Virus record (IMG/VR): IMGVR_UViG_3300031565_000016
Location: 3,905-67,904 of that record
DNA: 64,000 nucleotides
Direction: 5' to 3' (one strand)
Origin: a virus
The notes under the pieces were generated by a model. That model had not been told where the DNA came from and searched no databases. It saw only the letters and a program-made list of their open reading frames with translations. This document shows, piece by piece, positions 19,918 through 28,379 of the stretch (its first letter is position 1; each line of letters begins with the position of its first letter). The translations under genes and the position numbers were made by a program.

Positions 19918-20217
19918 TTATTCCCCTTTAGGTAGGTACCAATTATTTATTGTATTGATATCCTTTACAGTTCTTTCAACTTTAACTTCAATTAAATTTA
20001 TAGCTTCTTGTTTTGCTAAATTTAGGTCTTTTGAAGATAGCAGCCTTTGTGTAAAACCAAAGCCAGTAAGCAACCAATCGTCTTTCTCAAAATGAATATT
20101 CCTATGTATGCTGACCTTTTTACCATTTATATATATCTCTGAAGCTATAATTATTGAATCTGGGAAACCTTTTAACTTGTCTCTCCATATACAGTTACTT
20201 TTATTTCGCCCTATCAT
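19918..20217 (-). CDS. Hypothetical protein
   Basis: 99 aa, coupled to its neighbours. Confidence 0.5.
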   Translation of the reverse strand: MIGRNKSNCIWRDKLKGFPDSIIIASEIYINGKKVSIHRNIHFEKDDWLLTGFGFTQRLLSSKDLNLAKQEAINLIEVKVERTVKDINTINNWYLPKGE

Positions 20218-20999
20218 AATTTACCCTCCCAAATAATATCTGCATTCTTACCACTATGTAGTCTCCAAGAAGTACCATCATAACTCGGAACGAGACCTTT
20301 ATTACAAAGTTTAATGCAAGAAGAAAAATCATACTCGAATTCTATATTTGGAAATAGGGAAGTGCTGTATGCATAGACTGAAGCCCTGACTGAATCACCA
20401 ACTGAAACCGGTACTGAACCATAGACTGCATTACAGACTGCACCATAGACTGCATTACAGACTGAACCATAGACTGCATCACCAACTTCCTCACCAACTG
20501 AATCCACGACTAAATCCCAGACTAAATCCACGACTGAATCACTGCCTGAATCACTGCCTGAATCACTGACTGAAGCCCATTCCTTGAGTAACTCTACATC
20601 CTGTTCTGTTACTTTAGTTACTTTAGGTAATTCCAAAGGATTGATTGGAAATAGAGTATTATAGAAGTTCCAACCCATCTTCTTATTTTGTTCAAAAACC
20701 AAAGCTTTAACCTCACTTAAAGGCACTTCTCTGATAATTTTTTGATATTCATAGCGGTTCTTGTATGGAGGGTGCAAGACCTCCTGACCCCAAACCTCTA
20801 CCTCAAATACTTTTCTACCTTTTGCTAGATTAGTATAAAGTAACCCCTCTACACCTGTGGCATAGAATCCATTGGAACAATCTGTACTTTGGTCATTGTC
20901 AAAGTCTTCACAATGGCACTCTGCCCCGATCTCATATTGAAAGCCTTGGAAGTGGGACGTTAGGTCTTTGTTAAGTATTTTGTACATTGTCTTTTTCAT
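20214..20999 (-). CDS. Phage protein with xxSV tetrapeptide repeat tract
   Basis: N-terminal YK...FQYEIG...CSNGF domain common in phage accessory genes; internal SDSV/GDSV/YGSV repeats. Confidence 0.7.
   Translation of the reverse strand: MKKTMYKILNKDLTSHFQGFQYEIGAECHCEDFDNDQSTDCSNGFYATGVEGLLYTNLAKGRKVFEVEVWGQEVLHPPYKNRYEYQKIIREVPLSEVKALVFEQNKKMGWNFYNTLFPINPLELPKVTKVTEQDVELLKEWASVSDSGSDSGSDSVVDLVWDLVVDSVGEEVGDAVYGSVCNAVYGAVCNAVYGSVPVSVGDSVRASVYAYSTSLFPNIEFEYDFSSCIKLCNKGLVPSYDGTSWRLHSGKNADIIWEGKL
20376..20579. repeat. Degenerate 12-nt tandem repeat array
   Basis: Units such as GACTGAATCACT, GACTGCATTACA, GACTGAACCATA with 12-nt period. Confidence 0.8.
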
Positions 21000-21127
21000 A
21001 TTATTTACCCCTTATGGTTATTATAAAAACTTATTTGGTAAGTGTGCTGCAATAAACAATATGGCACAGGCACCCATAATAATTAGGCATGCAACCAGTG
21101 CAACCAGCAGTATTGTTGTGAATAGTA

Positions 21128-21322
21128 TCATAAAAGCCACCTCTTACACAATACCTCTAATTTGCATATTGCTATCGATAACTCAGTTGCTTGGTCACCA
21201 TGTTTAGTATTCATAAGCCTTAACCATGCACAATGTACATGGTATGATGGTGAAAAAGATTCAACTAATTGCAGGTGGTCATATATTGATTTTACCTCCG
21301 CTTTAAATTCAGATAATTTCAT
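21128..21322 (-). CDS. Hypothetical protein
   Basis: 64 aa with GAGG RBS. Confidence 0.5.
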   Translation of the reverse strand: MKLSEFKAEVKSIYDHLQLVESFSPSYHVHCAWLRLMNTKHGDQATELSIAICKLEVLCKRWLL

Positions 21323-21323
21323 A

Positions 21324-21566
21324 TTATACCTCTATTATAGCATTGTTACTTTGCGCCCATGCCACTATTTCTTTATCTGTTGCCCTTGTTATCAAATATG
21401 TAGGCATTGGGCCAATATAACAATTACAACCATCTTTGTGCTTAATAATTTCAATATCAGTACCTGGGATACTTATATGCTTGAAATAAAATTCATTTTG
21501 GTTTGATGGCAAACTTGTACCCTCCAATGCAAGTTCTTGTTCGCCTTTTATTCTTTTATTATTCAT
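21324..21566 (-). CDS. Hypothetical protein
   Basis: 80 aa in operon. Confidence 0.5.
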   Translation of the reverse strand: MNNKRIKGEQELALEGTSLPSNQNEFYFKHISIPGTDIEIIKHKDGCNCYIGPMPTYLITRATDKEIVAWAQSNNAIIEV

Positions 21567-21571
21567 AATAA

Positions 21572-21826
21572 TTACCTATTAATCCTAATAACTTTTATAA
21601 CTGTGTCACGTACTACCAATGTATCCCGTATATAAAGCCTTTGCACCAATGTATCTATTTTTGTAATAGTTAGTGTATCCACTATAGTAAAAGTGTCCAC
21701 AGGTGCCACAGGTGCCTTTATTTCATAGGGCACCTGTGTTTCTTTTTCATTATCTATGTTATTATCAACACTTACAATGTTACAGGCTGATATTAGTGTT
21801 ATGAGTATTATTAATAAGTATTTCAT
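21572..21826 (-). CDS. Lipoprotein with repeated D-T-hydrophobic motifs
   Basis: MKYLLIILITLISA-C lipobox; DTF, DTL x3, DTV. Confidence 0.7.
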   Translation of the reverse strand: MKYLLIILITLISACNIVSVDNNIDNEKETQVPYEIKAPVAPVDTFTIVDTLTITKIDTLVQRLYIRDTLVVRDTVIKVIRINR

Positions 21827-21838
21827 TTGTTGCCCCTT

Positions 21839-22123
21839 TTAAATTTCACCTTGTTTATTATAAATTCTTAGTCCAAGTTCTTTTAAACCCATTAAAAATT
21901 TTGTTTCGTCCATGCTTGATGGTATTTTTTTATTAAATGTGTCAAATTCTTTAATATCCCCCCATATACTGAGCATACACCTTATATCATCTACATCATT
22001 CCCATAGGCTACTGCACCGCTTTGTGGCCAAAGAACAGCAAATTTATAATCCATATCTTTTACTGTGTTTATTATTTGTAATACTTTAGTTGGGTACACT
22101 GGTTTATTATTTGGCTCATTCAT
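21839..22123 (-). CDS. Hypothetical early protein
   Basis: 94 aa with AAGGGG RBS. Confidence 0.55.
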   Translation of the reverse strand: MNEPNNKPVYPTKVLQIINTVKDMDYKFAVLWPQSGAVAYGNDVDDIRCMLSIWGDIKEFDTFNKKIPSSMDETKFLMGLKELGLRIYNKQGEI

Positions 22124-22135
22124 TTGTTGCCCCTT

Positions 22136-22363
22136 TTAATCTAAGCAATTTGGGTTTGATTTGTACCAATTACGTGCTTCTATTTGTATTTCTGAGTAAT
22201 AGCCTTTTTTACCTACTATTTGGCTTAATTTACCAAGTTTGCCTTCAACTTCAATAGCACCATCTTTTCCAAGTATTGCCCAAGTCCAAGGGTCAATTTG
22301 TAACATTTCTATTGTGTCCCCTGTTACTTTGTTTGTGTAAGTTGTTGTAGTTGTAGTTGTCAT
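22136..22363 (-). CDS. Hypothetical early protein
   Basis: First gene after promoter repeat copy A; starts MTTTTTTT. Confidence 0.6.
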   Translation of the reverse strand: MTTTTTTTYTNKVTGDTIEMLQIDPWTWAILGKDGAIEVEGKLGKLSQIVGKKGYYSEIQIEARNWYKSNPNCLD

Positions 22364-22445
22364 TTTTGGTGCCTCGTTGCTCTGTTCCCTTACTTATAAT
22401 ATATACTAAGTTTATAGTAAAACCTAATACTTTTTTAAAATATAT
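22350..22445 (-). repeat. 96-bp promoter/RBS/start module, copy A
   Basis: Identical to 25883-25978; contains AAAAAGT-AT-TAGGTT-N17-TATATT, GAGG RBS and ATG. Confidence 0.92.
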
Positions 22446-22516
22446 TAACTTTTATTAAAATAAAAAAGCACAGGTATACCCCATGCTTTATTTTTTATAG
22501 TTACTGTGTAAAATTA

Positions 22517-22957
22517 CTACTGTGGGGAATCTTTATTTGGGTCAAAGTCAACAGTTATTTTGCCACTTTTTGCGCTTTTAATTAATACATACCCTTTATC
22601 TGTTAACATGTACAATAATGCATGATTAACCAACCCACCACCATCACTGTAGGAAACAGGGGATGAAGTTATCTGTACAACTTTACCATATTTACTAGTT
22701 GAATCAACTTTCTTTGCTTTTACTTTACGTGGCACTGTTAAAAGTTCTAATTTGCGGCATGGTATTTTAACATACTTTTGAATTTTCCTTCTGCTTATTT
22801 CAATATCTGGCAGGAGGCATCGTAAATGCACACAGGGCACCCCGAACATTTGGGTAATTTCACTTGATGTTAGAATAAATTCTAAACCTGAGTACTCAGG
22901 GTGGTGTACATCCGCATACTTAACACGCCTGTCTTTTTTAACTTCCCAACTATACAT
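22517..22957 (-). CDS. Hypothetical protein
   Basis: 146 aa ORF. Confidence 0.55.
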   Translation of the reverse strand: MYSWEVKKDRRVKYADVHHPEYSGLEFILTSSEITQMFGVPCVHLRCLLPDIEISRRKIQKYVKIPCRKLELLTVPRKVKAKKVDSTSKYGKVVQITSSPVSYSDGGGLVNHALLYMLTDKGYVLIKSAKSGKITVDFDPNKDSPQ

Positions 22958-22965
22958 AATAACCC

Positions 22966-23219
22966 CTATTCAAATTCTTTTAAAAAATCTTTTACCTTAA
23001 CTCTGTGTAAATGTTCTAACATATTTGCTTTTTTGATATTGTAAGCACTTTGAATAAATATTAAGTCGTCTATCTTTGTCCAAAATAACCTTCCTGAAAC
23101 CCTTGTTCTTAGTTGAGCCATTCCCCTACTCCAATCTAATTTTGCCAATACAAAGCGCATACCGCTTTCTTTTTGCCATGTGGTGTGATAGTTGCACCCT
23201 GGTACATAACGCTGCTTGG
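22966..23219 (-). CDS. Hypothetical protein
   Basis: ~86 aa ORF (track 22966-23226); exact start uncertain. Confidence 0.45.
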
Positions 23220-23225
23220 CACACA

Positions 23226-23480
23226 TTACAATACCAAATTAACTGCATATGGTACGTATATTATCACAAGCCTAAGAATAAGCAATAAAAATAGCCAACA
23301 TGAAAAATTAAACAATGCTAATAGTGTGATATAAATACCAACCCACAGTTTGTCTGCTTTGTAACTTGGTGGCACATTATCACAATACACCGTTGACCAC
23401 TCCCCCCACCATAACAATGCTAGGATGCACCCAACAAACCATATTAATAATACTATTCCAAATTTTTTAATAATTTCCAT
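23226..23480 (-). CDS. Membrane protein with two TM helices
   Basis: Two hydrophobic stretches; GGGG RBS. Confidence 0.55.
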   Translation of the reverse strand: MEIIKKFGIVLLIWFVGCILALLWWGEWSTVYCDNVPPSYKADKLWVGIYITLLALFNFSCWLFLLLILRLVIIYVPYAVNLVL

Positions 23481-23481
23481 T

Positions 23482-23628
23482 TTATACCCCTAAATCGTCG
23501 TCGTCGATGTCTTCGTCCCAAAATAAGTTATCACCTTCATATTCTTTTTGTGGTGCAACAATGCAATCACAATCTTCAAAGTCATTGCCACACAGTTCAC
23601 AATAATCTTCAAATTTATCATATTCCAC
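23482..23628 (-). CDS. Very acidic 48-aa Cys-containing peptide (not in ORF track)
   Basis: GTG start after AAGGG; MEYDKFEDYCELCGNDFEDCDCIVAPQKEYEGDNLFWDEDIDDDDLGV fills the gap between neighbours. Confidence 0.6.
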   Translation of the reverse strand: MEYDKFEDYCELCGNDFEDCDCIVAPQKEYEGDNLFWDEDIDDDDLGV

Positions 23629-23635
23629 TTCGCCC

Positions 23636-23905
23636 TTAGCCATATATAACACCTTTAATTTTACAATTTGTAATAAACCCTAATTGCTGCACTTTTATTA
23701 CACCGTGCTTTATATAATCCTTATAATCTACTGGGAGTATTCTATACCCTGGGCACACATCTTCCATTTCTATATTTGTATTTGAAATAATAGTATCAAA
23801 GTTTATCTGTGTAATTGGCACATTTGTACCAACTTTATTACGAAAAGCCTTTATCTCCTTTGATAATAGTTCCCATGCTTTTGTTATGACAAATTCTTCT
23901 GTCAT
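23636..23905 (-). CDS. Hypothetical protein
   Basis: 89 aa, coupled. Confidence 0.5.
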   Translation of the reverse strand: MTEEFVITKAWELLSKEIKAFRNKVGTNVPITQINFDTIISNTNIEMEDVCPGYRILPVDYKDYIKHGVIKVQQLGFITNCKIKGVIYG

Positions 23906-24177
23906 TAATGGGCACCTGGTATATTGCTCAAAGTAGCAGGCGAGTATTTTACAATTTTAATGTGTTTTATTTCGGTGTAATTCAATAAAAACCCACTACA
24001 GAGAAACAACCCTAGGTTGCTATTTTTCGGTACACCTTTAATTTTAACGTAGCAACTATACCTACTGAATGAGCAAAAAGCAACCACTTTCCCAATTGCA
24101 CCTGTACGCGCCCATTTAGGGTTTAGAAAGTGTGGTCTTACTATCCTAACTGTGTCACCTATTTTAAAATCTGCCAT
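23905..24177 (-). CDS. Small SH3/KOW-like protein
   Basis: FKIGDTVRI...GAIGKVV pattern; AGGAGG RBS. Confidence 0.55.
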   Translation of the reverse strand: MADFKIGDTVRIVRPHFLNPKWARTGAIGKVVAFCSFSRYSCYVKIKGVPKNSNLGLFLCSGFLLNYTEIKHIKIVKYSPATLSNIPGAH

Positions 24178-24207
24178 ATTGCCTCCTGTGCTTTTATTAT
24201 AAAAGGT

Positions 24208-24633
24208 TTAATTATTAAATAGTTCTGGATGGTAATAATACAATAGCATTTTACATTGTTCACTTAATAAATCATCGTGCATTGGAATATCTGACCTAGC
24301 TTCCGCCCACCCTGTTATGTGGTATTTGCACATACATTCCCACTTATCAACCTGCAGGTATCCTTTTCCACCTATTGTAAGCACTCCCATGGCATCCTCT
24401 GAGACATAGTCACCTTGGCGTGCTGCTTGGCTTAATGCAAAGGCTTTCCAGTTATAAAAGTCATCTTTTGTACCTAAAACAGCGACATATGGTTTATCGT
24501 CTATTGCCACCTGCTTTATTTCTAAGGTAGCAGGGTCATATTTCCTAATTACCCTAGTATCTTCTGGGTTTTCTACACAAGCCCTTCCACGTGTCACCCG
24601 CTTAGTGGGGAATAATTCAAAAAACTCAGCCAT
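24208..24633 (-). CDS. Hypothetical protein
   Basis: 141 aa with GAGGAG RBS. Confidence 0.55.
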   Translation of the reverse strand: MAEFFELFPTKRVTRGRACVENPEDTRVIRKYDPATLEIKQVAIDDKPYVAVLGTKDDFYNWKAFALSQAARQGDYVSEDAMGVLTIGGKGYLQVDKWECMCKYHITGWAEARSDIPMHDDLLSEQCKMLLYYYHPELFNN

Positions 24634-24907
24634 GTGTGTGCATCTCCTCTAATAAAGATCTAACAATACCAGCAAGGTACTCACGGTCACCTGGGTGCAC
24701 GGTTTCACCTATTAGTTCCTTAGTTCGCTCTTCATAATAACTATCTAAATTTTCTGGCTCAGATAATTGATACCAAAATACAAGCTGTGTCTGCCCAGTT
24801 GTTGTTTTAGTATAGACCTGCTGCAAACTGTGCCTTTGTTCAAGTTTTACGTATGTTTTGCCGTCTAACAAAACTATTTTGTTCTTTTTGTAATCCAAAT
24901 AATCCAT
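24626..24907 (-). CDS. Hypothetical protein
   Basis: 93 aa, coupled. Confidence 0.5.
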   Translation of the reverse strand: MDYLDYKKNKIVLLDGKTYVKLEQRHSLQQVYTKTTTGQTQLVFWYQLSEPENLDSYYEERTKELIGETVHPGDREYLAGIVRSLLEEMHTHG

Positions 24908-25626
24908 TAATATATTTCCATTATTGTTTTTATGATTGCTTCTGTTAATATACTTAAACTTGGGGATGCATTTGGTATGTTTATTACACTTAGTTCTTTT
25001 TTATTTGCTATATCTTGATAGTAATCCAATACCTTTTTTGTTAATTCAGCCACTTTACACTCTTTGTCTAAGTCCTCTGGTTCTTTTGGCTCAAAGTTAG
25101 CAGGTTCCCCACTCGCAGCACACCCAGTGCACCCAGATGGACATATACACTGGTTCCCATCGTGCTTGCAATTTACACAAGGCACACGTGTGCCATGCAC
25201 TAATTCTAATTCAGCCAACCATCTTTGATATAAACTAAGTTCCCCCCGTGTCCTATTTGGCAATGATTCAATTAAGTGCATTAGTTCCTTTTTGTAATAG
25301 GCAATATCAACCCCAAATCTATTAATTGCTGGTTGTGTGGTTTTTTGTTCAAACCTAAATTTACCATCAATCCCAAGGCTGCTGCGTGGTTTTAATGTTA
25401 ACTGCGCCAACCTTAAATACACAACACCTGTGCCACTTAACCCAGAATCAGGTACAATTGTTCCTGTAATTGGGCTGCCCTTATGGTTTCTACAAATGCA
25501 CCACACTGGTGGCCGCTGGCTTCTTGAATTAGGTACAACTTTAAATATTTCCCACTCCCCACTGTAATTTGGGTTTGGACAATTTGCTATTACAATAGCA
25601 CCTTTTTTGCATTCGGATAATTTCAT
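24907..25626 (-). CDS. Hypothetical multi-module protein with a Cys cluster
   Basis: 239 aa; CVNCKH...CICPSGCTGC. Confidence 0.55.
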   Translation of the reverse strand: MKLSECKKGAIVIANCPNPNYSGEWEIFKVVPNSRSQRPPVWCICRNHKGSPITGTIVPDSGLSGTGVVYLRLAQLTLKPRSSLGIDGKFRFEQKTTQPAINRFGVDIAYYKKELMHLIESLPNRTRGELSLYQRWLAELELVHGTRVPCVNCKHDGNQCICPSGCTGCAASGEPANFEPKEPEDLDKECKVAELTKKVLDYYQDIANKKELSVINIPNASPSLSILTEAIIKTIMEIY

Positions 25627-25641
25627 TTTATACCCCTAAAT

Positions 25642-25896
25642 TTAAAGCTCTTCTATACTGTCACAGCTATCCAGTTCATTACACCCCGTGCAATCTGTGC
25701 AATCTGTACACCCAACACAATTTTCACAATTTTCACAACTTGTGCAATCTTCACAATTAGTGCAATTTGTTAATGTACTACTTATTCTGTACGCATCATC
25801 AAATGTGTAATTAATTTTGTTCCAGCTATTATTGTTTTCGTCTATCCAAGTTGTTGCTGTTTCAGTTATGCAAGTTATTTTTGTTGTAGTTGTCAT
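25642..25896 (-). CDS. Early protein with a tandem Cxx repeat tail
   Basis: TNCTNCEDCTSCENCENCVGCTDCTDCTGC; first gene after promoter repeat copy B. Confidence 0.65.
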   Translation of the reverse strand: MTTTTKITCITETATTWIDENNNSWNKINYTFDDAYRISSTLTNCTNCEDCTSCENCENCVGCTDCTDCTGCNELDSCDSIEEL

Positions 25897-25978
25897 TTTT
25901 GGTGCCTCGTTGCTCTGTTCCCTTACTTATAATATATACTAAGTTTATAGTAAAACCTAATACTTTTTTAAAATATAT
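25883..25978 (-). repeat. 96-bp promoter/RBS/start module, copy B
   Basis: Identical to 22350-22445. Confidence 0.92.
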
Positions 25979-26285
25979 CACTTTTTATTATTATATGCTC
26001 TGTAACACCTTTTTGCAGCAATGACACCGTTCTACTTTTTCTATATGCTGAAACAGTTATAGGACTTATTTCGAATTCATCTGTGTATTTTGTGAATTCA
26101 TCCTGCACCCCTTTTATTATTGTGTTCAAGGCTGTTTGTGTTAAGGTTGAGGTGACATTTCCACCTGTTGCACTCTCCCACCTTATAACATGTTTGCTCA
26201 TAATATTATTGGCTACTATTAAGGCAAAACCCCACCTGGTATTAAAATTATCAAGGCATACATTCATAATTTCTCTATTGGTCAT
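25968..26285 (-). CDS. Hypothetical protein
   Basis: 105 aa, downstream of a TTTTATAATAA motif. Confidence 0.5.
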   Translation of the reverse strand: MTNREIMNVCLDNFNTRWGFALIVANNIMSKHVIRWESATGGNVTSTLTQTALNTIIKGVQDEFTKYTDEFEISPITVSAYRKSRTVSLLQKGVTEHIIIKSDIF

Positions 26286-26330
26286 AGGGGCCTACACTTA
26301 AAAAATAACCTGTTTTTATTATAAAACCTT

Positions 26331-27815
26331 TTACCACAAACCTTCACCATTATTACCTTCAAACATACAACGGAATAAACTCGCCATACTATCAGGGCCG
26401 TCATTCAACTCTTCGCCGTCTATATACATTATAACCTGGTTTATATACGCATGGCCATTTGGCTGGGTTCCTGTTGTGTCCCAGCCTTGTGATAAACTCA
26501 TGGCCTTATCCCACATTACTTGGTAAAAATGCCTTTTACCCCAACTTTGTATTTTTGTATCTTTATTGGTTGATTCATGGTACCCACGGAACTTTGTTTT
26601 GCATCTGCGTTCTTTTGCCAGTTTATTTAAATCACGTAATACCAACCCCTTGTCTGCATTTTCTTCCATCCAACATATACGCACATTATGGGCAAGGCAC
26701 GTTGTAATGATAAATTCATACTGTTCATCTACATGGTTCTCAAATACCCAACCCCTGCCACCCCATAAATCGTCATCACGCTTTTGCAACAATGTGATTG
26801 CACCTGTATGGTCACCTTTATATTTGCCATCAATATGCATATAACTGGGTTTTTTTGTCCTTTTAAATTTCTCATAATTAGGTGAACCAAATATCTGGTC
26901 GTCACTTGCAATATGTTTCAATAGTTGATTACAGGCAAATTCTACTTTGGTTAAACCAGGTACATGCCTGCCTTGCTTGTCTGTATACCCATCACGCATT
27001 TTTACTATTTCTTCTTCTGTACGGAGGCCACTTTGGTAACAATTAACTGTAAAATCTGGAGGCCACTCACTGGTCGCATCTTCCATATGCCAGGTGGTGC
27101 CCTCCATTAATACGTTTGCTTTTGGGTCTTTTATGTTATTTTTAACCTCCCGTATAAATGCCTTTGTTTTTTCCCGTTTCGCACGGCTGGTGCGGTCATC
27201 TATAGTAATAAGGTCACATAGTACCATCCTGTCGTAATGGTACCCTGTGGTGCCTAACATGCCCCAACTGTCAAGGTTGCCTTCTTTCCTACTGCGGAAT
27301 TCAGGTTCCATAAATTCCCACTTAATACTTTTTTCCCTGCCTGTTATTTCAGTAAGCCCCCTGTATAATGGGCATTCTGTTAGCATAGCAATAATACCAG
27401 GCAAGTGGAACCAGTTGCGCACTACACGTGTCACATCTATAGATTGTCCTTGTGCAGGTCTGAAAATAGCAATACGGTGGTTTGGGTTAAACACTAAATC
27501 ACGCATTGTACCAACCTGTGTTACACTTGAAGTTTTTAAAGACCCCCGGTGTGCCATCATGTGCCGGTCTTCCCCCGGTTCCAAATTGTCCCACATCAAT
27601 TTGATCCATTCCCCATGCATAGGTATTAAATCACGGAACCCACAAAGCTTACCAAGTTCCTCTGGTCTGTCCCATATTAATTGCAACATTTTAATACGTA
27701 TGTCACGTTCTTTGATGGCTTCTTCTGTTTCTGCAACCCTGGCACCTGTTATTTCTTCAATACGGTTATAATAGCTCCTGCAGGTCTGAATTCCATAGTT
27801 GTCAATTTTGGGCAT
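26331..27815 (-). CDS. terL: Terminase large subunit
   Basis: AHRGSLKTS (Walker A), GYHYDRMVLCD (Walker B region), GTTWH-x-ED, nuclease HID and NDGPDSMAS. Confidence 0.88.
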   Translation of the reverse strand: MPKIDNYGIQTCRSYYNRIEEITGARVAETEEAIKERDIRIKMLQLIWDRPEELGKLCGFRDLIPMHGEWIKLMWDNLEPGEDRHMMAHRGSLKTSSVTQVGTMRDLVFNPNHRIAIFRPAQGQSIDVTRVVRNWFHLPGIIAMLTECPLYRGLTEITGREKSIKWEFMEPEFRSRKEGNLDSWGMLGTTGYHYDRMVLCDLITIDDRTSRAKREKTKAFIREVKNNIKDPKANVLMEGTTWHMEDATSEWPPDFTVNCYQSGLRTEEEIVKMRDGYTDKQGRHVPGLTKVEFACNQLLKHIASDDQIFGSPNYEKFKRTKKPSYMHIDGKYKGDHTGAITLLQKRDDDLWGGRGWVFENHVDEQYEFIITTCLAHNVRICWMEENADKGLVLRDLNKLAKERRCKTKFRGYHESTNKDTKIQSWGKRHFYQVMWDKAMSLSQGWDTTGTQPNGHAYINQVIMYIDGEELNDGPDSMASLFRCMFEGNNGEGLW

Positions 27816-27997
27816 TTTTAGCCTCCAATTTTATTTTTGAAAAAGTGAATGTGGTGCTTTTTAGTGGTTTGTTTTATCCCACAGTACTTTTTAAAATAAG
27901 TAACAGGGCACATAAGTGCCCCTGTAACATGCATAAGGTGTAAATAAGTAACAGTGCCCACCTTGGCACCTTTGTGCAAATATATCATGTAACCTAG

Positions 27998-28303
27998 TTA
28001 TTCATTTGGTTGCTCGCTAGACTCTATTAGTTTTACAGCCTTTTCCAACCTAAGCACATTATGGCCTTGCATGCCTTGAATCGAAAGAGACTCTATAACA
28101 TGATCTAATATTGTTAAAACTTCCAAATGCTTCAATTCTGTTGCGTTCTTGTCTGTTTTCATTTTCGGCTTTACACTCTCAAGCATCTCTTTCACTTCTG
28201 GGTGATTGACGAATCTCTCAATAGCAACATCTTTTGAGAATGTACCGCTTTCAAACATCGTTAAAGATGCCTTGTATATCTCTTTCATTCGTTCTTTGTT
28301 CAC
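27998..28303 (-). CDS. Hypothetical mosaic protein
   Basis: 101 aa; internal MKTDKNATEL shared with the start of 30165-30368. Confidence 0.55.
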   Translation of the reverse strand: MNKERMKEIYKASLTMFESGTFSKDVAIERFVNHPEVKEMLESVKPKMKTDKNATELKHLEVLTILDHVIESLSIQGMQGHNVLRLEKAVKLIESSEQPNE

Positions 28304-28379
28304 CCTTCAACCCCCTTAGAACTATTCAGCCATGCTACGAACTTATCCACGTATTTTTCTATTAATTTATCAATTTTTT

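Noticed and set aside
20376-20579. CRISPR array or DGR variable repeat
   Set aside because: The units are contiguous 12-mers with no spacers and lie in a coding frame; no reverse transcriptase or template repeat was found.
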